Shown here piece after piece: positions 20,181 through 27,891 of a stretch of DNA of 64,000 nt; the first letter of the stretch is position 1; the number at the start of each line of letters is the position of its first letter. The notes under the pieces are model-generated. The model did no database searches, was not told where the DNA came from, and was given only the letters and a program-made list of their open reading frames with translations. This DNA comes from an uncultured Rikenellaceae bacterium (GTDB taxonomy: Bacteria > Bacteroidota > Bacteroidia > Bacteroidales > VadinHA17), in the NCBI GenBank assembly GCA_964472085.1, contig CAYYIW010000013.1:1288-65287 (forward strand), written 5' to 3'. Both the position numbers and the translations under genes were made by a program.

Positions 20181-20306
20181 AGGACTGTATCAGAAGTATT
20201 TATTTTTACGCCCTGCCCCCTAAAGGGGGTTTAATACTTATAGAAAGGTTAAGGTTCCCAATAGTGGATCCGGGGATTAAAAAAACGATGCTTTTGATAC
20301 AGTCTT
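20181..20306 (+). other. Candidate structured RNA element / complex 3'-UTR-leader structure
   Basis: A 16-bp long-range helix pairs 20181-20196 with 20291-20306 (14 Watson-Crick pairs plus 2 G-U pairs). The two G-U positions would be C-A mismatches on the opposite strand. It encloses the CCCCC-UAAA-GGGGG hairpin. Confidence 0.3.
20216..20232 (+). terminator. Candidate intrinsic terminator after the skp genes
   Basis: CCCCC/GGGGG stem with a UAAA loop followed by only UUU, so the U tract is short. Confidence 0.3.
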
Positions 20307-20327
20307 ATTTTTAATATATTTTGTAAA

Positions 20328-21128
20328 ATGAAAGACCAGCCAATAGGGATCTTCGATTCAGGGGTCGGAGGGCTGACCGTGGCACATGCAATCAAACAGT
20401 TAATGCCAGGTGAGAGTCTTGTATATTTCGGCGATACAGCACATCTTCCCTATGGTGATAAATCAGCCGAGTCCATAAGTTACTATTCTCACCGGATAAC
20501 AGAATTTCTTCTTGAGCATAAGGCAAAGGTTGTACTTGTTGCCTGTAATTCAGCTTCAGCTTCAGCCTTCGATTCTCTGCTAAAGGATTTTAAGGGTAAG
20601 ACTATCCTTTTGGATGTTATTGATCCTGTGGTTGACTACCTTGCTGAAAGAAGCTTCAGAAAAATAGCTGTTATCGGTACAAAGAGAACCATTACTTCCG
20701 GTTCATATGAAACAAAGATACAGAAAGTCTCTCCTTCCACTTCAGTGGTATCGATGGCCACTCCCCTTCTTGTGCCGATGATAGAAGAGGGATTTATATA
20801 TGATGATATCAGTAATGCTATAATAAGAACTTACCTGTCACATCAGTCACTGTCAGATATCCAGGCTCTGATACTTGGATGCACACATTATCCGATAATA
20901 AAGAACCAGATAAGCAAATTTTTCAATTTCAATGTTGAGGTGATCGATTCATCGCGGATAGTTGCAATGTTACTCAGAAAGACTCTTGAAGAAAAAGATC
21001 TCCTAAATGATACAGGAAAAGTAAAGGACCTGTTTTATATTTCTGATTATACGCCTTATTTCAGTAAAATTGCAAAAATGTTTTTTGAAGGGAATATAAA
21101 TCTCGTGAAATCAGATATATGGAGTTAG
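20328..21128 (+). CDS. murI: Glutamate racemase
   Basis: Motifs IGIFDSGVGGLTV, VACNSAS and GCTHYP. Confidence 0.95.
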   Translation: MKDQPIGIFDSGVGGLTVAHAIKQLMPGESLVYFGDTAHLPYGDKSAESISYYSHRITEFLLEHKAKVVLVACNSASASAFDSLLKDFKGKTILLDVIDPVVDYLAERSFRKIAVIGTKRTITSGSYETKIQKVSPSTSVVSMATPLLVPMIEEGFIYDDISNAIIRTYLSHQSLSDIQALILGCTHYPIIKNQISKFFNFNVEVIDSSRIVAMLLRKTLEEKDLLNDTGKVKDLFYISDYTPYFSKIAKMFFEGNINLVKSDIWS

Positions 21129-21400
21129 GTTCACTGGTTTAAAATTATTCTATATTTAATGGCCTGATAGTACAACAATTAAAAAAAACAAATCTTTTCT
21201 TATCAGATTCTCCGATACCTCAAAATATCACAAATGGCATCTGGACAATATATACTGAATTTGTATTATTCTGGTGAAACAAACAGGGATATATATTGTT
21301 AGTTACGAAACAGGATAATTAGGAGAGTGCTTCAGTGAAAATATGATCAATATCATAGCAGAAAAGATTTTTAAATTTGATTTATGAGTTTTTAAAAATA

Positions 21401-21408
21401 TAATTTTG
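21401..21408 (+). promoter_or_regulatory. Candidate -7 box TAATTTTG upstream of korA
   Basis: Matches TAnnTTTG, with a TTTG at 21376-21379 at plausible -33 spacing. It ends 62 nt before the korA ATG. Confidence 0.4.
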
Positions 21409-21470
21409 CCTTTCATAAATCGTTAAGACTAAAGGTGATTATCCTTGGCTGAAAAAAAATTAACATTGTC

Positions 21471-23315
21471 ATGGTTAGAAAATCAAAGGTAATTGAAAGA
21501 GAAGAAGTGGTAATCCGTTTCTCAGGTGATTCCGGGGATGGAATGCAGCTTACGGGGACATTATTTTCCGATACAGCAGCGCATTTCGGGAACGACCTAA
21601 TTACTTTTCCTGACTACCCTGCCGAAATACGTGCACCACAGGGAACAGTAGGAGGAGTATCAGGGTTCCAGGTTCACCTGGGTCATTCAGAAATTAATAC
21701 ACCTGGAGATTTTTCAGATGTTCTGGTTGCAATGAACCCTGCAGCAATCAAAGCAAATGCAAATCTTGTCAAGCAGGGTGGCACAATAATATATGACAGT
21801 GACAATTTCACTGATAAAAACATAGCAAAAGCAGGGTATGAAAAAGATCCTGTAAAGGAAGAGAAACTGGATGCCTTCAATGTTATTGCAGCTCCGATTT
21901 CTTCCATGGTAAAGGAGGCACTTAAAGATCTTAACCTGGAACCTAAAATGATTCTAAGGACGAAGAACATGTTTGCTCTTGGTATGGTATACTGGCTTTT
22001 TGGCCGTGATCTGGAATATACTGAAGATTATTTTGACAAGAAATTCCACAAATTACCTGATATAGCAGAGGCAAACAAGATAGCTCTCAGGGCTGGATAC
22101 TATTACGCTGAGACTATTGAGGCACTGTCTCCTGTTTATAAGATACTTCCGGCCAAGATCGCCACAGGGACTTACCGGAATATCAATGGTAATACTGCTA
22201 CAGCCTGGGGATTCCTGGCTGCCGGGGAAAAGGCAGGGCTGGATATTTTCATAGGATCATATCCCATAACGCCTGCTACAGGTATTCTTGAGGAGATGGC
22301 TGCCAGGAAGGATCTCGGCGTGAAAAGTTTTCAGGCTGAAGACGAGATAGCAGGCATATGTACCTCTCTTGGCGCAAGCTTTGCCGGACATCTTTCTGTA
22401 ACCTCCACCTCTGGTCCTGGGCTGGCCTTAAAATCAGAGGCTATAGGATTGGCAGTGATGACAGAGCTTCCTATTGTTATTGTGGATGTTCAGCGGGGAG
22501 GGCCTTCTACAGGTCTGCCTACAAAAACAGAACAGTCCGACCTTATGCAGGCACTTTATGGCAGGAACGGTGAAAGTCCTGTGGTTGTTATTGCTGCCAG
22601 CACTCCTCCCGATTGTTTTCATTTCGCATTTGAAGCTGCAAGGATTGCACTGGAACATATGACACCTGTCCTTCTCCTTACCGACAGTTATCTTGCCAAC
22701 GGTACGGAACCATGGAAAGTCCCGGATATGAGTGAGTTACCAAAGATAAAACCACGGTTTGCTGATCCCAAGGATACTCCTTTCCTCCCTTATAAACGTG
22801 ATGAAAAAACGCTTGCCCGCTCCTGGGCAATACCAGGAACACCCGGACTTGAGCACAGAATAGGGGGACTGGAAAAAACTGCCAAGGGAACTGTGTCTTA
22901 TATACCTGAAAATCACGAATATATGGTTAATGTAAGAGCAGAAAAAATAGCCAGGGTTGCTGATAAGATCCCTGACCTGGTTCCTCAGGGCCCCAAATCG
23001 GGAGATATGCTGCTTGTGGGCTGGGGAGGCTCATATGGTTATCTGATAACAGCTGTTCGTGAATTGCAGGAAGAAGGCTATAAAGTTAGTCTGGCAAGCT
23101 TTAACTATATAAATCCGTTACCCAAAAACACAGCGGACGTATTCAAAAGATTCAAAAAAATTGTCATTTGTGAACTTAACCTCGGACAATTTGCGGATTA
23201 CCTGAGGATGAAGCACCAGGAATTCCAATACCATCAGATAAATAAGGTTCAGGGACTTCCTTTTACCGTTACTGATATTAAAGAAAAATGTATCAAATTA
23301 CTGGAGGAGAATTAA
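21471..23315 (+). CDS. korA: 2-oxoglutarate/2-oxoacid:ferredoxin oxidoreductase, alpha subunit
   Basis: 614 aa with the fused gamma-alpha architecture (FSGDSGDGMQLTG...; YPITPAT; SGPGLALK). Confidence 0.9.
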   Translation: MVRKSKVIEREEVVIRFSGDSGDGMQLTGTLFSDTAAHFGNDLITFPDYPAEIRAPQGTVGGVSGFQVHLGHSEINTPGDFSDVLVAMNPAAIKANANLVKQGGTIIYDSDNFTDKNIAKAGYEKDPVKEEKLDAFNVIAAPISSMVKEALKDLNLEPKMILRTKNMFALGMVYWLFGRDLEYTEDYFDKKFHKLPDIAEANKIALRAGYYYAETIEALSPVYKILPAKIATGTYRNINGNTATAWGFLAAGEKAGLDIFIGSYPITPATGILEEMAARKDLGVKSFQAEDEIAGICTSLGASFAGHLSVTSTSGPGLALKSEAIGLAVMTELPIVIVDVQRGGPSTGLPTKTEQSDLMQALYGRNGESPVVVIAASTPPDCFHFAFEAARIALEHMTPVLLLTDSYLANGTEPWKVPDMSELPKIKPRFADPKDTPFLPYKRDEKTLARSWAIPGTPGLEHRIGGLEKTAKGTVSYIPENHEYMVNVRAEKIARVADKIPDLVPQGPKSGDMLLVGWGGSYGYLITAVRELQEEGYKVSLASFNYINPLPKNTADVFKRFKKIVICELNLGQFADYLRMKHQEFQYHQINKVQGLPFTVTDIKEKCIKLLEEN

Positions 23316-23316
23316 A

Positions 23317-24339
23317 ATGGATGATTTAAAATTAACAAAATATATTCCCAAGGATTTCAAGAGTGACCAGGAAGTAAGATGGTGTCCAGGTTGTGGTGAT
23401 CATGCGATACTTAGTGCGGTACAAAAAGCACTTGCAGAACTGGGAATTCCAAAGGAGAAATTTGCATTTATATCAGGTATAGGCTGTTCCTCGAGGTTCC
23501 CGTATTACATGGATACGTATGGGTTTCATGGCATACACGGGCGGGCTGCGGCAATAGCATCTGGTGTTAAGGTAGCAAATCCTGAGCTTTCTGTATGGCA
23601 GATGACCGGTGACGGAGATGCCCTGGCTATAGGAGGTAATCATTTTATCCATGTTGTAAGGAGAAATATTGACATCAATATAATCCTGTTTAATAATGAA
23701 ATATATGGTCTGACAAAGGGACAATATTCACCTACCTCATCAAAAGGGATTATCACAAAAACAAGTCCCTATGGAACTGTAGAGGAACCGTTTTCAGTTG
23801 GTGAACTGGTGATAGGGGCAAAGGGAAGGTTTTTTGCCCGTACCGTAGATACAAACGTAGCGTTGTCGACACAGATATATATTGAAGCAGCCAGGCATAA
23901 AGGCACATCTGTAATTGAAGCCCTTCAGAATTGCGTGATCTTTAATGACGGTATTCACGATACTATTGCAGCCAGGGATGTGAGGGAGGACAGAACTATT
24001 ATTCTGAAACAGGGTGAACCTATGATCTTCGGAAAGAACAATGATAAGGGACTTATCCTTGAGGGCCTTAAACTAAAGGTTGTAAATATCGGGGAAAATG
24101 GCATCACAGACAAGGACATTCTTGTTCACGATTCACAAGAGGAAAACCCGGGTATTCACTATATGCTTGCCAACATGAAGTATCCGCAGTATCCTGTCGC
24201 CCTTGGCGTGATACGTGCTGTTCCCGGTCCTACTTATGAAGCGGCTGTTGCCGACCAGATCGAAACAGTCAGGAAGAATGCTAAAATAAAGAGTGTAAGC
24301 GATCTTTTAATGAGCGGATCGACATGGAAAGTTGATTAA
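23317..24339 (+). CDS. korB: 2-oxoglutarate/2-oxoacid:ferredoxin oxidoreductase, beta subunit (TPP-binding)
   Basis: Motifs WCPGCGDH, GIGCSSRFPYY and TGDGDALAIGGNH. It starts 1 nt after the korA stop. Confidence 0.9.
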   Translation: MDDLKLTKYIPKDFKSDQEVRWCPGCGDHAILSAVQKALAELGIPKEKFAFISGIGCSSRFPYYMDTYGFHGIHGRAAAIASGVKVANPELSVWQMTGDGDALAIGGNHFIHVVRRNIDINIILFNNEIYGLTKGQYSPTSSKGIITKTSPYGTVEEPFSVGELVIGAKGRFFARTVDTNVALSTQIYIEAARHKGTSVIEALQNCVIFNDGIHDTIAARDVREDRTIILKQGEPMIFGKNNDKGLILEGLKLKVVNIGENGITDKDILVHDSQEENPGIHYMLANMKYPQYPVALGVIRAVPGPTYEAAVADQIETVRKNAKIKSVSDLLMSGSTWKVD

Positions 24340-24432
24340 TTTAACCGTTTCCTTAATAACGGCCTTCCAGTTAATTCCATCTCATCATCAATTTTATTAA
24401 TTTTAGAATTTATTCTGATGATTAATTGACAG

Positions 24433-27400
24433 ATGGAAGAGGCTAATAAAAATAATCCTGATTATAAACGGTTACTCCATGAACAGCAGGAAAGACTGAA
24501 GGAACTGGCATGTATAAACCGTACAACTGCTATTCTTAAAGAGGGGCGACCCATTGAGGAATCACTTCAGCAGGTAGTGCTGGTACTTCCGACTGCCTGG
24601 CAGTATCCTGAATATACTGTGGCACGTATTACCTATATGGATAAGGTTTATGAATCAGCTGATTTTGTTGAGACAGCCTGGAGGATGGGACAGGAATTCG
24701 AGACTGTTGACGGAGAGACAGGAACAATAGAGGTATTCTATACTACGAAATTCAGCCAGGCGAGTGAAGGCCCTTTCCTTCAGGAAGAAAGAGATCTTAT
24801 CCAGAACATTGCAGGTATCCTGACAGGATATATTAACAGCCATAAGGCCCTCGACATAATAAGGATGTCCCGGGCCGGTCAGGGAGAAGAAGAGCTGGGG
24901 GAGATATCAAGCAGGAAATTGCTCCAGAGATTCCTCGACAGGCATAATGCCGAAAGAGATGTCTTTCATGATCTCATGCCTTTCAAGGTGAAAGAGATAC
25001 TTCTTGTGGCAAACCTTTATGATGCCTACTCCATTGAAGGGGAAGGGCGGTTCTCGGACCATATGCTTGGTGAATATTACCAGCTGAGCCTGACATCAAT
25101 ACCCAGGGTAACAGGTGTTTCAGGTGAGGATGAAGCGTTTGCCAGGCTGAAAGCCAGACATTATGATCTAATTATAATAATGATCGGTGTTGACAGGGAA
25201 AGTCCTATGGTACTTTGCAGAAAGATAAAAGACAAATACCCGTATATTCCCACCTTTCTCCTTCTTAACAATCCACTGGATGTTTCCTTTGTGAAAAGAC
25301 AGCAGACCCTTGGCGTTCCTTTTGATAATTATTTTGTATGGACCGGCGAGTCAAAGGTGTTCTTTGCTATGGTCAAGTTGCTCGAAGACAGGGTTAATGC
25401 AGATAATGATACCAAAAAGGGACTTACCAGGGTAATCCTGATCGTTGAAGATTCTGCCATCTATTACTCAAGCTACCTGCCCATTCTCTATACCCTGGTG
25501 ATGGAGCAGACCAGGAACCTTATTGAAGATGTTTCTACTGATGAGCTTTACAAAGTGCTCAAACTAAGGGCACGGCCAAAGATATTGCTGGCTTTGACCT
25601 ATGAAGAATCCTTATCGCTGTATGAGAAATACAGGGACAGCCTGCTGTGTGTCATATCCGATATGCGGTTCCCTAAAAACGGTAAGTTGAACAAGACAGC
25701 CGGGTTTGATCTTATTCAGCATATAAAGAAGGACCTGCCCAACCTCCCGTCTGTACTCCAATCATCTGATCCTGAAAGTGCCAGATTTGCCCATCAATTG
25801 AAAGCTAATTTCATTAACAAGAACTCCGAGAGCCTTTTACAGGATCTTAAATCCTTTATAAACTATTATCTGGGCTTCGGTCATTTTGTTTATCGCGATA
25901 CCCAGGGAAGGCAGATCGCAGTAGCAAAATCAATGAAGGAATTCGAAGCCTATCTTCAGACAGTACCTGAAGATTCGCTGGTCTATCACTCGATGAAAAA
26001 CCATTTCTCCCTGTGGCTGATGGCCCGGGGTGAAGTCAAGATTGCTAAAATGATCAACCCGATAAGGGTATCCGACTTTAACAGTCTTAAAGAACTCAGG
26101 GAATTTCTCATTGACATTATCAGGAAACGCAGGCGTGAGATGAACAAAGGAAAGGTCATCAATTTTGATGAGACGGCTGTAATAGATGAGACAAACGTGG
26201 TAAGTCTTGCAGGTGGCTCTCTCGGTGGTAAGGGAAGAGGCCTGGCATTTATAAGCACCCTGATTTACAGCTTTGAGCTTGGCAGACTTCTCCCGGGTAT
26301 AAACATTAAAACTCCTGTAACAGCCATAATAGGAACCGATGAGTTTGATATGTTCATGGAGCGTAATCACCTCTGGGGTAAAGTTAAAGAGGAGAAAGAC
26401 TATGATGTTCTCAAGAATCTGTTTCTGGAAGGAAGCCTGAGCTATACTCTCGAAAAGGAACTCAGGGTCTTTATTAATAAGATTGATAAACCACTGGCGG
26501 TGCGATCATCAAGCCTGTTTGAAGATTCTATGAGCCAGCCTTTCTCCGGTATATTTGGTACATATCTCCTTCCAAATAACAATCATGATCCGGATATCAG
26601 GCTCAGGCAGCTTTCGAATGCAATAAAGCTTGTCTTTGCCTCCATTTATTCAAGAAATGCCAGAACCTATTTTGAAGCCATCAACTACAAGGTGGAGCAG
26701 GAGAAGATGGCTGTTGTTATTCAGTCTGTCGTTGGTAACAGGTTTGAAAATGCCTTTTATCCTCATATCAGTGGTACTGCCCAGTCATTTAATTTCTACC
26801 CTGTAGCACATATGACACCCCAGGACGGCTTTGCCGTTATAGCTGTCGGACTTGGCCAGTATGTGGTTGAGGGTGAAAGGGCATTCAGGTTTTCACCTGC
26901 TTATCCTTCTCTCGATATAGTATCTCATAAAGACCTCTATAAGAATTCCCAGGTAAGCTTTTATGCTGTAGACATGGCTAAAAAGGAACTCAACCTGCTG
27001 GAAGGAGAGACAGCCGGACTGATTAGCCTCGATATCGGTGAGGCTGAAAGACACGGAACCCTGCAGCATCTTGCCTCAGTTCTAAACCTTGATAATGATA
27101 CAATTACGCCGGGTCTTGATGTCTCCGGACCACGGGTTGTGAATTTTGCCGATATCATGAAGTTCGATTATGTTCCCCTGGCATCAACATTGCAGGTGGT
27201 TCTGGATGTGGTCACTGAGGCTTTTGGTACTCCTGTGGAGATAGAGTTTGCTGTCGACCTGACAAAAGATGAGGATGGTAATACCACCTTTTACCTGCTT
27301 CAGATCAAGCCTCTTGTGGGAAGCGGGGCAGGATATAATATTGATCCCGACAGTATTTGTACTGAAGATATGATACTTATGACCAGAAAGAGCATGGGTA

Positions 27401-27891
27401 ACGGTGTTGTCTCTGACATAACGGATCTTATATATGTTGATCCGGATAAATTCAATAACATGCTTACCAATGAAATGGCAGATGAGATAGACCTGATGAA
27501 TGAGAAAATGATGTCCGAGAACAGGAAATATGTACTGATTGGTCCGGGCAGGTGGGGTACAAAAGACAGGTTTCTCGGAATACCTGTTGCCTGGCCCCAG
27601 ATATCCAATGCCAGGGTGATCGTTGAGGTGAGCCTTCCGAATTTTCATCTTGATGCTTCACTCGGTTCTCATTTCTTCCATAATGTTACCTCTATGAATG
27701 TGGGTTATTTCTCAATTAATCGCGGTTCACATGAAGGTGTGATCTATTGGAACAAACTGCAGGACCAGCAGGTAATAGATGAGGGAAAATTCTTCAGGCA
27801 CATAAGGTTTGATAAACCACTATTGATACGCATGGACGGTAAAAAAGGAATGGCAGTAATATCTTTGAATAACGAACAGTCCAGTAAATGA
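24433..27891 (+). CDS. Multidomain protein of unknown function: N-terminal sensor-like module, pseudo-receiver, receiver-like domain, PpsA/PPDK-type N-terminal ATP-grasp domain, unknown C-terminal domain
   Basis: 1152 aa. The sensor-like block is LKELACINRTTAIL...LPTAWQYPEY...EGPFLQEERDLIQNIAGIL. The pseudo-receiver shows ILLVANLYDAY and DLIIIMIGVD. The receiver-like domain shows ILIVEDS and CVISDMRFP (Asp codon at 25660). ATG-grasp motifs are GGKGRGLAF (26224-26250), VRSSSLFEDS (from 26500) and EIEFAVD...YLLQIKP. The C-terminal domain contains GPGRWGTKD (from 27541). Confidence 0.85.
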   Translation: MEEANKNNPDYKRLLHEQQERLKELACINRTTAILKEGRPIEESLQQVVLVLPTAWQYPEYTVARITYMDKVYESADFVETAWRMGQEFETVDGETGTIEVFYTTKFSQASEGPFLQEERDLIQNIAGILTGYINSHKALDIIRMSRAGQGEEELGEISSRKLLQRFLDRHNAERDVFHDLMPFKVKEILLVANLYDAYSIEGEGRFSDHMLGEYYQLSLTSIPRVTGVSGEDEAFARLKARHYDLIIIMIGVDRESPMVLCRKIKDKYPYIPTFLLLNNPLDVSFVKRQQTLGVPFDNYFVWTGESKVFFAMVKLLEDRVNADNDTKKGLTRVILIVEDSAIYYSSYLPILYTLVMEQTRNLIEDVSTDELYKVLKLRARPKILLALTYEESLSLYEKYRDSLLCVISDMRFPKNGKLNKTAGFDLIQHIKKDLPNLPSVLQSSDPESARFAHQLKANFINKNSESLLQDLKSFINYYLGFGHFVYRDTQGRQIAVAKSMKEFEAYLQTVPEDSLVYHSMKNHFSLWLMARGEVKIAKMINPIRVSDFNSLKELREFLIDIIRKRRREMNKGKVINFDETAVIDETNVVSLAGGSLGGKGRGLAFISTLIYSFELGRLLPGINIKTPVTAIIGTDEFDMFMERNHLWGKVKEEKDYDVLKNLFLEGSLSYTLEKELRVFINKIDKPLAVRSSSLFEDSMSQPFSGIFGTYLLPNNNHDPDIRLRQLSNAIKLVFASIYSRNARTYFEAINYKVEQEKMAVVIQSVVGNRFENAFYPHISGTAQSFNFYPVAHMTPQDGFAVIAVGLGQYVVEGERAFRFSPAYPSLDIVSHKDLYKNSQVSFYAVDMAKKELNLLEGETAGLISLDIGEAERHGTLQHLASVLNLDNDTITPGLDVSGPRVVNFADIMKFDYVPLASTLQVVLDVVTEAFGTPVEIEFAVDLTKDEDGNTTFYLLQIKPLVGSGAGYNIDPDSICTEDMILMTRKSMGNGVVSDITDLIYVDPDKFNNMLTNEMADEIDLMNEKMMSENRKYVLIGPGRWGTKDRFLGIPVAWPQISNARVIVEVSLPNFHLDASLGSHFFHNVTSMNVGYFSINRGSHEGVIYWNKLQDQQVIDEGKFFRHIRFDKPLLIRMDGKKGMAVISLNNEQSSK

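Noticed and set aside
25930-27648. Minus-strand ORFs of 146, 90, 65, 154, 102 and 65 aa inside the first giant gene
   Set aside because: All are antisense to a 1152-aa ORF that has a conserved paralog. They show no motifs and are shadow frames in AT-rich coding DNA.
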